DNA from: a virus
Strand: one strand, 5' to 3'
Length of the DNA: 60,398 bases
UHGV virus genome: UHGV-1361177
Numbering within the stretch: position 1 is the stretch's first letter; each line of letters starts with the position of its first letter. The translations under genes were made by a program, and so were the position numbers. Under the pieces are notes generated by a model that saw only the letters and a list, made by a program, of their open reading frames with translations, ran no database searches and had not been told where the DNA came from. Shown one piece after another: positions 17,872 through 27,088 of this stretch.

Positions 17872-18210
17872 TCAATCTCCTGTATTTAGGATACCATTAT
17901 TCTGTGAATTAAGTAACATTAAATTGTCTAGCAAATACACCAGGTCCGTCCCATACAGGCTGATCCAGTCCGCCATATATTCTTCTTGTTCAATAGGCAT
18001 ATGGATTGAGTATGAAAAGCAGAACACATGGCAGAGTTCGTGTGCCAAAACTTTGCGCAGAAATGCCCCTTTAAGCCGTTTATTTAGGAAAATAGTTCTG
18101 TTGTTCCAATCGGTCACTCCAACGGTTTCTGAGCCGTCTGAGCGCATCAGAAAGGTGCTTCCGCTGGGCACTCTGCTTATGGTCCATTGTATTCCGTTGA
18201 TTTGAAACAT
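17872..18210 (-). CDS. small HExxH zinc-metallopeptidase-like protein (SprT/ImmA-like)
   Basis: LRKVLAHELCHVFCFS motif. AAAGGGGAAAATT then ATG. Confidence 0.5.
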   Translation of the reverse strand: MFQINGIQWTISRVPSGSTFLMRSDGSETVGVTDWNNRTIFLNKRLKGAFLRKVLAHELCHVFCFSYSIHMPIEQEEYMADWISLYGTDLVYLLDNLMLLNSQNNGILNTGD

Positions 18211-18267
18211 AATTTTCCCCTTTCAAAAAGAACTATCGCCTGACAGACGATAGTTCCTCTTTATCAA

Positions 18268-18912
18268 TTACAGTTTGGTAGCAAGTGCAGAAATCTTAGA
18301 CTTAAGCATATTGCGTTCTTCCGGTGTCATATCAGACAGCATCCCTGTGATGTCAGAAGAAATTTCTTTGAAATAATCTTCCAGGCCTCTCATTTTGGCT
18401 TCTTTGTCCTGAGGAGTATTAGCTCTATGCAGTTCTTTTGTTTCGGTGTAATTGCGCTTTGCTCTATCATAGTTGCTTTCGCTCATGGTCATACTTGGCT
18501 CAGTGTAGTACATCCGCCCGGTATTTCTGTCCATGTCCCGGTATTCCTGCATGTCTTTGTACATTTCCGGGGTCATTCTCCAATATGGTCCTTCATATCC
18601 TCTGCGATAAGTGCCTCTGCCTTTTGGAGCAAATCTTCCGTCAGAATAGCGGTAATGATCGTAATACCGTCTTTCTGGATAATCTTCATATTGTTCCAGC
18701 ATTTCCATAATATCATCGTTTTCTTCTGCTTTTTTCATTGCCTCTACGATTTTAAAATCTTTATCAAAGCAAGCAATGTTCTTAGCAATTTCTGTCCAAT
18801 CTTTCAAATCATCCAAATTTTGTCCTTCAAAATTCTCAATTCCGATTGATTCCGCTTTTACCTTAACACATTCCAGGATTTTTTTTGCCCATTCATGCAT
18901 ACATTCCACCAC
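18268..18912 (-). CDS. hypothetical Arg/Tyr-rich protein
   Basis: 214 aa. Central RRYYDHYRYSDGRFAPKGRGTYRRGYEGPYWRM flanked by acidic helical regions. Confidence 0.45.
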   Translation of the reverse strand: MVECMHEWAKKILECVKVKAESIGIENFEGQNLDDLKDWTEIAKNIACFDKDFKIVEAMKKAEENDDIMEMLEQYEDYPERRYYDHYRYSDGRFAPKGRGTYRRGYEGPYWRMTPEMYKDMQEYRDMDRNTGRMYYTEPSMTMSESNYDRAKRNYTETKELHRANTPQDKEAKMRGLEDYFKEISSDITGMLSDMTPEERNMLKSKISALATKL

Positions 18913-18916
18913 CCTT

Positions 18917-19339
18917 TCACGCTTCTCTGGTAACTACAAGGTTAGCGTTAGCCACTTCAATAGCCTGTGTGCTGGTATTTTCAACCGCAATATTCGCACA
19001 GCAGCCTGCCGGAACATCAATATAGATTCCGGCGGACACGTTGTTATACTGTGATACTGCTGCCGGAGTGGAGCGCATCTGAGATGAAAGAACCGGTTCT
19101 CCACTGATTGCGATTGCCAGAGAAATTTCACCTGCTGTTCCACCTGTCGGGACGGCGATATTTGCGGAAAAGTTTACAAAGTATCTTGCTCTGCACTGAT
19201 TGGTCAACCCACGAAGCGTGATAATGCCGGATCCTTCCCGGTGTTTAATGCAATTCCCGCCTTTAACAGCGGTGCTTGTAAAGACTACGTTCCCATTCTG
19301 CGCTACTTCCTGAGCAGCTACAGCCACAAATTCAGCCAT
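18917..19339 (-). CDS. protein resembling the BclA/BxpB C-terminal (C1q/TNF-like jelly-roll) exosporium domain
   Basis: Start MAEF preceded by GGAGGT. The beta-rich pattern VVFTSTAVKGG..GIITLRG..FSANIAVPTGGTAGEISLAIAISG..AGIYIDVPAGCCANIAVEN was recognised by eye only. Confidence 0.4.
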   Translation of the reverse strand: MAEFVAVAAQEVAQNGNVVFTSTAVKGGNCIKHREGSGIITLRGLTNQCRARYFVNFSANIAVPTGGTAGEISLAIAISGEPVLSSQMRSTPAAVSQYNNVSAGIYIDVPAGCCANIAVENTSTQAIEVANANLVVTREA

Positions 19340-19466
19340 AATATTTACCTCCATAAATGATAAGGGCAGACCGTTAAGCCTGCCCTGTGTAATTCTGCTA
19401 TGCAGACATAACCTGTTTGGTTAAGTTACGATTATTCTGTTGTAACCGTATGTGATTCCATGCGTT

Positions 19467-20258
19467 TTAGCACCCGCAGCCTGTATTGCAGCCACAGCCA
19501 TATGCATAAGCGTTCGGATTCGGAACAACGTATGCCGGAACTGCTGCCGGATTAACCGCGTTGATAATCTGCTGTGTCTGATTAGCCATCTGAGTTGTGA
19601 GCAATGCGCTCTGACGATCCTGAGAAGCTGCCCGACGAAGATCGTTGTTTTCTGCTTGCAGAGAAGAAATCTTCTCATTGCACAGATAATCAAGAATAGC
19701 ACGGGTTCCAGCATTCTGGCTATCAATAATATCTCTGGTATTGTTGTTCATTGTATTCTGCAATGCGCAAGTATTCTGTGACATGTTGTAGTTTACGCCC
19801 TGGATTGCTTCCCGGGTTTCGCAGCAACATGAAGCATTTTGAGCTGCCATATTAGCAAGTGTAGACTGAATAGCATTTGTATTCTGCATTCCCGCTACTG
19901 TATCAGCGTTGATAGCCTGCTGAATGCCATAGCCTGTCTGAAGTATATTGGTATTAATACCATTAAATCCAGTCAGCATGCCATTGTTTACAGCATAGAA
20001 GCCATCACATAATCCATTAGAAATTCCGTCAAGTTTGCTGATAACCGCCTGATTATCAAAACCACGCTGGATCGCAGAATCCGTATAATAGCTAGAGTTG
20101 GAACCGTTTCCTCCCCAGCCTCCATTGCCCCATCCTCCGAATACGAAAAACAGAACAAACAGGATGATCCACCATCCATTGCCATCTCCAAAGCCATCTC
20201 CTCCGTTGCCATAAGCAGGAGTTACCGGCATTGTAAAAGGTGTGTTTGAATTAAACAT
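19467..20258 (-). CDS. membrane-anchored Gly/Asn-rich protein with a Cys-rich C-terminus
   Basis: AGGAGGTAAAAT then ATG. N-terminal GNGGDGFGDGNGWWIILFVLFFVFGGWGNGGWGGNGS with one TM segment. C-terminal YGCGCNTGCGC and an internal CCCETRE. Confidence 0.5.
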   Translation of the reverse strand: MFNSNTPFTMPVTPAYGNGGDGFGDGNGWWIILFVLFFVFGGWGNGGWGGNGSNSSYYTDSAIQRGFDNQAVISKLDGISNGLCDGFYAVNNGMLTGFNGINTNILQTGYGIQQAINADTVAGMQNTNAIQSTLANMAAQNASCCCETREAIQGVNYNMSQNTCALQNTMNNNTRDIIDSQNAGTRAILDYLCNEKISSLQAENNDLRRAASQDRQSALLTTQMANQTQQIINAVNPAAVPAYVVPNPNAYAYGCGCNTGCGC

Positions 20259-20440
20259 GATTTTACCTCCTGAAATTGATATATACTTAATTCTTGCAAG
20301 AAATTAGTATCTTTTTTATAAAACTTGTTGTATAATATTTGTGTACGGATAGGGTAGCTCCCGAAAGCTGTTTGTCCTAACAGTTTCCGTACATCAAACT
20401 TGTATAGGACATTTACACTGAAAGGACAGGTGTTATTTTT

Positions 20441-21256
20441 ATGCTCAAATACAAAATTGAAGACTATATTGGCAAAAAATATGGTCACCTAAAAGTTTTA
20501 GGAAAAGCTATTGAGTCAAATGTTCCTAATTGTTTTTTGTTTCTATGTGACTGCGGAAGAGAAATCTCTCTCGCTCCTGACCTAGTTATAAAAGGATATC
20601 AGAAATCCTGCGGAAAATGTTTGTTTTCTAACGAGTCTCCCGCAAGAATAAAGCCGGAAGATTACATCGGAAAAAGAAATAATCTTTTAACTGTTGTTTC
20701 CACACACAAAGAGCCAAAGGGAAGAACAAAGCTAATTTGTCTATGCGATTGTGGTAAAACTACAGAAGTTTTACCATATCAATTCAAAAAAGGATCTATA
20801 AAAAGTTGCGGTTGCTTGCTCAAAAACAGTCCAAACTACTTGGACGGGAGAAGCGCCAACGAACTTTATGGACTTTGGAAAAACATGCTTGGAAGATGCG
20901 AAAATCCAAATCACCCAAAATTTTACCGGTATGGCGCTAGAGGAATCAAAGTGTGCAATGAATGGCATAATTTTTGGAGTTTTGTTTCGTGGTCTATTTC
21001 TGTCGGAGGAAGACCAAATGGCTTTTCCTTAGACCGAATAAACAATGATAAAAATTACTGTCCAGAAAATTGCAGATGGGCTGATTCCAAACTTCAATCT
21101 ACAAACAAGTCAACAAACAGAATCATTGAACATAACGGAGTTTCAAAGACTCTTCATGAATGGGCCGCAGAAATCGGAATAAGCGATCAATCTTTATCCA
21201 AACGCCTGCAAAAAAAATGGCCACTAGAAAAAGTTTTTGCTCCAAAGTCCAAATAG
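20441..21256 (+). CDS. HNH_3-type homing endonuclease (N-terminal CxxC repeats plus HNH_3/AP2-like C-terminus)
   Basis: FSLDRINNDKNYCPENCRWADSKLQSTNKS. Paralog of 27069..28040 and of the 36061..36393 remnant. Confidence 0.7.
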   Translation: MLKYKIEDYIGKKYGHLKVLGKAIESNVPNCFLFLCDCGREISLAPDLVIKGYQKSCGKCLFSNESPARIKPEDYIGKRNNLLTVVSTHKEPKGRTKLICLCDCGKTTEVLPYQFKKGSIKSCGCLLKNSPNYLDGRSANELYGLWKNMLGRCENPNHPKFYRYGARGIKVCNEWHNFWSFVSWSISVGGRPNGFSLDRINNDKNYCPENCRWADSKLQSTNKSTNRIIEHNGVSKTLHEWAAEIGISDQSLSKRLQKKWPLEKVFAPKSK

Positions 21257-21487
21257 CTATTTTATGGGGAATTGGTTTTTAAATTCAGCAAATGCTTTAT
21301 CAAAATCAATTCCCTTTTCTTTTGCAATGTTCCTTCCAAATTTCTCTATGCCTTGTATATCTCCTCTTTGAGCCATATTCATTATATTTCTTACCATTGG
21401 ATTGCTCATGATCTGGTTGTTTCCCATAATATTTTGCATAAACTGCTGTGGATTTTGAAACATCTGCATTAAATTCATCGGATTCAT
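21257..21487 (-). CDS. small Met/Asn/Gln-rich protein
   Basis: MNPMNLMQMFQNPQQFMQNIMGNNQIMSNPMVRNIMNMAQRG... Confidence 0.4.
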   Translation of the reverse strand: MNPMNLMQMFQNPQQFMQNIMGNNQIMSNPMVRNIMNMAQRGDIQGIEKFGRNIAKEKGIDFDKAFAEFKNQFPIK

Positions 21488-22002
21488 TCAGCATCCTCCT
21501 TTTTAGTCATAGAACTACGGCTTTTAGCCATAGGTTTAGTCATAGACTGCTCTAATCGGTCAATCTTTTCGGAAAGTTCATTGAAATGTCTTTCAAATAC
21601 CTCTGTGACGTTCTGTGCGAGTCCAGAAGCCATTTTATCTGTGTCAGCCTGTACTTCTTTGGTCGTATTTGGTTGAACCGGTTTATAGGTCAATGTGCGT
21701 ATTGTTCCATCAGCACACCAACTTTTAACATAGATTTCTGATAAGTCCTGTTTTGGGAAGAAAGCTGCTGATCCATCCATAGGCACACAATCAGCTGTCA
21801 CGTTTTCAATTGCCTGCACGACCATTCCGTTAAGTCCCCTTGGCATCTGTTGCACCGGCGGATTTTGTTGCTGAACCTGTTGCACTGGAACTTCCGGTTG
21901 CTGAAATCTCGGCTGCATATACGGAAGATAAGAATTTACACCGTATTGCTGCTGTCCATATGGTATCTGAGGATACATATTATTCTGATACGGAACTGGC
22001 AT
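21484..22002 (-). CDS. hypothetical protein with a Pro/Gln-rich N-terminus
   Basis: MPVPYQNNMYPQIPYGQQQYGVNSYLPYMQPRFQQPEVPVQQVQQQNPPVQQ... Confidence 0.4.
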   Translation of the reverse strand: MPVPYQNNMYPQIPYGQQQYGVNSYLPYMQPRFQQPEVPVQQVQQQNPPVQQMPRGLNGMVVQAIENVTADCVPMDGSAAFFPKQDLSEIYVKSWCADGTIRTLTYKPVQPNTTKEVQADTDKMASGLAQNVTEVFERHFNELSEKIDRLEQSMTKPMAKSRSSMTKKEDAE

Positions 22003-22241
22003 CTTCTTTTACCTCCTCTAAAACTTCCTCTATTGCATGAATTACGGCAGACTGAGTTTGCAAATCAAGTCTCTGCAATTCTTCTCTGGCAAAAATCTTT
22101 TCTAAAACTTCATCAGAAAACATACCTCATCCTCCTTCCACTTAAATTTTCGCATAAAAAAAGACGGTTAAACCGTCAAATTATCGCAAATTATCAGTAT
22201 ATTATTAGTAAAACAGAATAAAAACCTATCCATTTATGAAT

Positions 22242-22285
22242 TTCAACTTTCTATATTTCGGTCCAGCGATACTTAGAAAGTTGAA
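22242..22285. other. perfect 12-bp inverted repeat (TTCAACTTTCTA / TAGAAAGTTGAA) around a 20-bp spacer, 6 bp downstream of the recombinase stop; attP core candidate
   Basis: ttcaactttcta tatttcggtccagcgatact tagaaagttgaa. Confidence 0.3.
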
Positions 22286-22290
22286 GTATA

Positions 22291-23640
22291 TTATAAAGTA
22301 ACAAAACGAATCGTAATTTCGTCCTTGTCAACCACTATATCTTCAACGCATTGCTTCAATATTTTGTTTTTTTCTTTCAATGTCAAGCTGTCCCAAACAT
22401 CTGACATATGCCTGATTTCTGCTATTTTTGTTGGATCACACCTCTTTTCTGTTTTTGCATCATCGAGTTTCTTTTTTAATTTCTTGATATTTTCTTCCTC
22501 TGCTTTTATCACATCAAGTAGATTTTCGCTAGGGTTATCTGCATATAAGCCGTACAAGCGTCTAACTTTTGTATCAGATTTTTTTAACGTTTCCACTAAA
22601 ATTTCGGTGCTATCTTGATGACTTTCAGTATACTCATTAATATTAATGGCAAAATTTTTAAAACATTCTTCCACCTCTGCTTCGACTTTATAAGCATCTA
22701 CTGGACGATTTTTGCAACAATCTGACTTTCGCATATATGCTTTTGAACTTTGATAATGTGAATAGCACACCAACTTCATTGTTTTTGCAGTCCATTTCTG
22801 GTATCTCATTCTTGCACCGCAGTAACCACAATGGCACAAACCTGTCAGTAAATGTCCGCTACTCAAATAAGCATTGGTATGTCTTTTTTTCATTTCGTCT
22901 TGGACTTTCCAAAATACCTTTTCATCAATAATTGGTTCATGTCTGCCTTTATATACCTTGCCTTTATATTCAATTAAACCAATATTTGATTTTCGTTTTA
23001 AAATCCCCTTAACTATTGGTTCACCTTTAAATCCAAGAATCTTTGAAATGTTTTCGCAAGAAAATCCATTTAGATACAAATCATATACTTTTCGCACCAC
23101 AGACGCCTGTTGCTCATTAATGTGTAATATGCCATCATTGCGATCATAATAATATCCCCATGGGGTTCTGCCACCACCCATCCAATATCCTTTTTTTACG
23201 CGTTCTAACATCCCGGCGGACATTCTCATTCGAATAACTTCACGTTCATACTGGTTCATGGCCGCATTCATTGTCAACATCATCCTGTCCATTGGATTTT
23301 CTGTCCGTAGTTCTTCAGTCATAGAAATAACCTTAACTCCATAGCCAGGAAGAATTTTGTAAAACAAGTTCAGCGTATCAATAACATCTCGGCTCATGCG
23401 ATCAAGCTTGTAGATGTACACTGTATCAATGATTCCGCTTTTTGCGTGGTTCAAAAGTTCTTGAATCTCTGGTCTGTCAAGTTTGCTTCCACTATACCCC
23501 CCATCTATGTACCATTTGTCAATAGTAATACCATGTTTTTCACAGTAATCCATTATTTTTTGTTTCTGCATATCCAAGCCGTACTTTTCAGTCTGTGTTT
23601 CTGTTGATACTCTCAAATATGCCACCTGCAATTTGCTCAT
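22291..23640 (-). CDS. large serine recombinase (integrase)
   Basis: N-terminal resolvase domain VAYLRVSTETQ...YIYKLDRMSRD, then a recombinase domain and a zinc ribbon CHCGYCGARM. Confidence 0.85.
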   Translation of the reverse strand: MSKLQVAYLRVSTETQTEKYGLDMQKQKIMDYCEKHGITIDKWYIDGGYSGSKLDRPEIQELLNHAKSGIIDTVYIYKLDRMSRDVIDTLNLFYKILPGYGVKVISMTEELRTENPMDRMMLTMNAAMNQYEREVIRMRMSAGMLERVKKGYWMGGGRTPWGYYYDRNDGILHINEQQASVVRKVYDLYLNGFSCENISKILGFKGEPIVKGILKRKSNIGLIEYKGKVYKGRHEPIIDEKVFWKVQDEMKKRHTNAYLSSGHLLTGLCHCGYCGARMRYQKWTAKTMKLVCYSHYQSSKAYMRKSDCCKNRPVDAYKVEAEVEECFKNFAININEYTESHQDSTEILVETLKKSDTKVRRLYGLYADNPSENLLDVIKAEEENIKKLKKKLDDAKTEKRCDPTKIAEIRHMSDVWDSLTLKEKNKILKQCVEDIVVDKDEITIRFVTL

Positions 23641-23652
23641 AGGCCATCCTCC

Positions 23653-23686
23653 TAAAAGAAAATGGCTAGGTTTTTATTCTAGCCAT
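23653..23686 (-). terminator. rho-independent terminator-like hairpin between the sigma-like gene and int
   Basis: ATGGCTAG gtttttatt CTAGCCAT, followed on the minus strand by TTTTCTTTT. Confidence 0.4.
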
Positions 23687-23697
23687 AGTCTACAACA

Positions 23698-24045
23698 TCA
23701 CTTTGTCTTAGTCAATTTCTCAGCAAGTATTTTTTTTACACTTTCTATTTTAATTTCATTATTTTTCAGATCTTCCTTTGTAACACGCTGTCCATTAACA
23801 TAAATTGTAGTCATGTTTTCAAACACCTCCAAAAAATCAATTATTTTTCTGAAAACAATTTTCTTCTTTTTGGTTATGCTGGAAAGCGACAAATTTAACT
23901 TTTCTGCCATTTGAATATCACTAGCACCAGCACTTGCCATTTTTAATAATATGATTTCAGTTTGTGAAAAATTACAGTTATCCAATAAAAAATCAACTTC
24001 TGGCTTACTCAGTTTATTAAACCCTAACCGCATAAGCCCTCCCAT
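23698..24045 (-). CDS. sigma-70 region-4 / LuxR-like HTH regulator
   Basis: SQTEIILLKMASAGASDIQMAEKLNLSLSSITKKKKIVFRKI. Confidence 0.45.
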   Translation of the reverse strand: MGGLMRLGFNKLSKPEVDFLLDNCNFSQTEIILLKMASAGASDIQMAEKLNLSLSSITKKKKIVFRKIIDFLEVFENMTTIYVNGQRVTKEDLKNNEIKIESVKKILAEKLTKTK

Positions 24046-24702
24046 TTAATTTCTAAAAATTAATTGATTACTTTCTTTCCACAATTTATTCTGAGGAAAT
24101 TTTTCTGGATGTGTTCTTCTTAGTTCTATAGCATCATCATGACATTTTTGTATGCATACAGTACACACTTTTTTCCTGGATCCATCTTCAAGCGGTGATC
24201 CGCAGTATCGACAAAGATGATTTTTTTCTTTATATTCCATTTTAGGTATGACATTCGGAGGAAGTCTGTGCTTTTCCGCATCTTTTTCTAGGCACAGCTT
24301 GCATTTCTTTCTTCCGGGAGCAGCCTTGCGTTTCCCGCATCTTGTACAAATACCTCGTTCGCTTCTTTCTCTGTATACACTGCGGCCATAATTTCTCATA
24401 GCTGCTTTCTGCTCATCTGTTAAAGGATCCTTGCTTTTCTGCTTCCATTCATATTGTTTCTGTCTGCAAGCAATGCACATTTTTTCGGTTCCGAAAAGCC
24501 GTTCTTTGCCACATTCCGGGCAAATATGGTGTGACCTCCAAAATGCCCTACTTTCTCTTGTATATTCATTGCGCTTTTCCAAACATGCTTTGCAATAATA
24601 TCCTTGTCTATCTTTTTCTTTACCGCACTTAGGGCATTTTCCATCGTTTATCCTTCGGCGGCGTGTATATTCAATCCTTGTCTTCTTTTGAGTTATTGCC
24701 AT
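24046..24702 (-). CDS. protein with four tandem CxxC...CxxC zinc-ribbon modules
   Basis: CPKCGK..CKAC, CPECGK..CIAC, CTRCGK..CKLC, CRYCGS..CTVC. Basic protein of 218 aa. Confidence 0.5.
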   Translation of the reverse strand: MAITQKKTRIEYTRRRRINDGKCPKCGKEKDRQGYYCKACLEKRNEYTRESRAFWRSHHICPECGKERLFGTEKMCIACRQKQYEWKQKSKDPLTDEQKAAMRNYGRSVYRERSERGICTRCGKRKAAPGRKKCKLCLEKDAEKHRLPPNVIPKMEYKEKNHLCRYCGSPLEDGSRKKVCTVCIQKCHDDAIELRRTHPEKFPQNKLWKESNQLIFRN

Positions 24703-24761
24703 AGTTTATGGAGTAAAGTGCACTTTGTTGTCCGGACAAACCTCTTTACCTCCAATTCACA

Positions 24762-25430
24762 TTATCTCAAGCCAAGTGCTTTTAATTTCTCCATGGCATT
24801 ATCAGGAATGCCATGCAACCTTCCAGAAGCTTTATTTTTCTGTTTTTCCTCTTCTCTCGTATTTTCTATCAATTTGGTATCCGAAGCCTCTAACCTTCCT
24901 GCTAATGCGTTCTGGTTAAGATTTTCAACTAATTCCCTAATTTTTTCAGGAAGTTTATTAAGTTCCTTTCTTCTATCCATAACCACACGATATGACCTCA
25001 TAAAATTGCTGCTGGCAACACTCTCATTAAAAGTTTCGTCCATAGCCCATATTTTGAGTTGTTCTGGCCTGCCAACTGCCTTTTGAACCGATGCGGGAAG
25101 TTTTTGAAATTCTTCACCACTGTTGTATGTGCTATTTCTCAATGCCTTGCTTACTAAAGTCCAGGCTTCCAGCTCATTCATTTCTTGTGGAGAAGTTAAC
25201 AGCATGATTTTTTCCATAATCTGTCCTGGAGAAGGCGCAAAGCCGCTGGAATTTGTACGCATGTATATAGCAAACGCCCGTTGAACTGTATCCCATTCGC
25301 AATCACTTAATGCCATTCTCCAGGCATTAACTGCTGCTGTCTTATCTGGAGGATTAAAGTTCGGATAAGTTGCCTGTATCATTGCAAGCAAGTTCTGAGT
25401 TTCTTCTCTTGTCATTATGACTGCCTCCAT
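24762..25430 (-). CDS. replication protein, possibly a G39P-like helicase loader
   Basis: N-terminal LLAMIQATYPNFNPPDKTAAVNAWRMALSD resembles SPP1 G39P-family N-termini. Lies downstream of the replisome organizer. Confidence 0.35.
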   Translation of the reverse strand: MEAVIMTREETQNLLAMIQATYPNFNPPDKTAAVNAWRMALSDCEWDTVQRAFAIYMRTNSSGFAPSPGQIMEKIMLLTSPQEMNELEAWTLVSKALRNSTYNSGEEFQKLPASVQKAVGRPEQLKIWAMDETFNESVASSNFMRSYRVVMDRRKELNKLPEKIRELVENLNQNALAGRLEASDTKLIENTREEEKQKNKASGRLHGIPDNAMEKLKALGLR

Positions 25431-26050
25431 TCATCTATAAGATTTCTATCTGTATGGGTTTCAGGCTGCTTCCGTGTTCTCTCCCATGTCCTAACAGCAG
25501 CTTTCCAGTCTTTCATCTTGTTTTTGCCTATCATCCAGCCTTTAGAACTGTAAAAATTTACAAAAGATTGAGCATCAATTCCATTTTGCCTTTGCTCACA
25601 GTAAGCCTGGACCTCATCCGCTGTTGGTGGAATAAAAATCTGTCTTTTTGGTTCAGGCTTTTTCTCTGCGTTAGGTGGTTCATCTGGTGGTTCGTTAGGT
25701 GGTTCACTCAGATTTTCGGTAACCTGAAATTTATTGTAATTTACTACGTTTATCAGCGTTCCTCTGTTGGTTCGCTCCGTGGTCACCATTTGTTCATCTT
25801 CCAGCAACTTAAGGAAGCGTTTGACTTTATTCCTGGACCATGACCAACGGGCACTTAGCTTCTCTATGCTGAACATATAGGAGCCTTTTGGAACTATGGT
25901 AGTCTTGCCGTCTATCAACATTTTTACATCCTTATGAGAAGCTGAAAGCAATATATCTATCCAAGCTGATCTTCTATCAAACGCCTCCCTACTGTTCCAA
26001 ATAGAACAGTCAAATATTTGTCTATGTAGCTTTATCCAGCCTTTTTCCAT
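25415..26050 (-). CDS. phage replisome organizer (DnaD-like N-terminal domain)
   Basis: MEKGWIKLHRQIFDCSIWN...SAWIDILLSA...KVKRFLKLLEDEQMV matches the Phage_rep_org_N pattern. Confidence 0.55.
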   Translation of the reverse strand: MEKGWIKLHRQIFDCSIWNSREAFDRRSAWIDILLSASHKDVKMLIDGKTTIVPKGSYMFSIEKLSARWSWSRNKVKRFLKLLEDEQMVTTERTNRGTLINVVNYNKFQVTENLSEPPNEPPDEPPNAEKKPEPKRQIFIPPTADEVQAYCEQRQNGIDAQSFVNFYSSKGWMIGKNKMKDWKAAVRTWERTRKQPETHTDRNLIDEWRQS

Positions 26051-26065
26051 AATCCCACTCCAGTA

Positions 26066-26413
26066 TCATTCAATCGTTGTAAATTGTTTCAATAAGCAGT
26101 CTTGGCAAAGTTGCCTATCTTCATATTCATAAAGACGATCCACCTCTGACTTGCACTTATCACAAATTAATGTTTTTTCATGCCGCTTTGGGCAGCTATC
26201 TCCCAAACAAGGATATCCAGGAGTAGCGCACCCACAGCAATTATTTACTTCTCGAACCATTCTATCTCCTATAATCCGAATCCGGGCACAACTCAGTATA
26301 TGCATATGGTGGCATATTGGCCGACCAGGTATTTGGTCTATCCCGAAGCGCAGCTGCATCACTAGCTGCTTGCACAGCTTTGAGACGTAATGCATTTGCT
26401 TTTCTCTGCGCAT
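26066..26413 (-). CDS. hypothetical Cys-rich protein
   Basis: CCGCATPGYPCLGDSCPKRHEKTLICDKCK. Confidence 0.3.
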   Translation of the reverse strand: MRREKQMHYVSKLCKQLVMQLRFGIDQIPGRPICHHMHILSCARIRIIGDRMVREVNNCCGCATPGYPCLGDSCPKRHEKTLICDKCKSEVDRLYEYEDRQLCQDCLLKQFTTIE

Positions 26414-26488
26414 CCGTGTTCTTTAATCTCATGTTTTTTATCCTCCGTTAATTTTCTCATCCTTTGAATAACATACTCAAACGCTGGT

Positions 26489-27088
26489 TTATTCCGCTTC
26501 CACATCTTTTCCCTCTTTCAATAACTCTTGGAATTTTTCATACTGCCTTTGGGATATCTTATTACTGGATTTATCAGGTCTAATAGCAATTATGAGGTGT
26601 TTTTCTGCGATGGACGATAATTCCCTAGCCATAGATTTTCTGCCTTGCTGTATGCCGTCCCTATAGCCCCTAACAGGTTTAAATTCATTTATCTTTTCCT
26701 TGCCTTCGCCCTGACCACCAGCAGTCTTATTGTATCGGCACTGATACCCTTTCTTAGTGTATTCCAAGATCCAGTACTGTTCCCATTCATCAAGCACTGA
26801 CACTGGGTAATGAATAAAGTTCAATTTCCAGCCATAGGGGTTATCTTCACTATAAAATCCTCTTTTTTTAATCGAAAGGTCAATATGCTGGTATCCCGAC
26901 AAATGAGAAATATTTCTTTCCAAACAATCAACACTCTGACCGATATAAAAGTACGATATTTCATTTTCATCCGTCCTCGTATAGAAGTAAATTCCACTTT
27001 GATTTTTCATGCTAGGACAAGCATTCAATATACGTTCTTTGTTTTTGCTTTTTATGGCATATAATTGTTTATAATTCTTGCTTGACAT
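26489..27088 (-). CDS. GIY-YIG homing endonuclease
   Basis: SGIYFYTRTDENEISYFYIGQSVDCLERNISHLSG. Confidence 0.65.
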   Translation of the reverse strand: MSSKNYKQLYAIKSKNKERILNACPSMKNQSGIYFYTRTDENEISYFYIGQSVDCLERNISHLSGYQHIDLSIKKRGFYSEDNPYGWKLNFIHYPVSVLDEWEQYWILEYTKKGYQCRYNKTAGGQGEGKEKINEFKPVRGYRDGIQQGRKSMARELSSIAEKHLIIAIRPDKSSNKISQRQYEKFQELLKEGKDVEAE

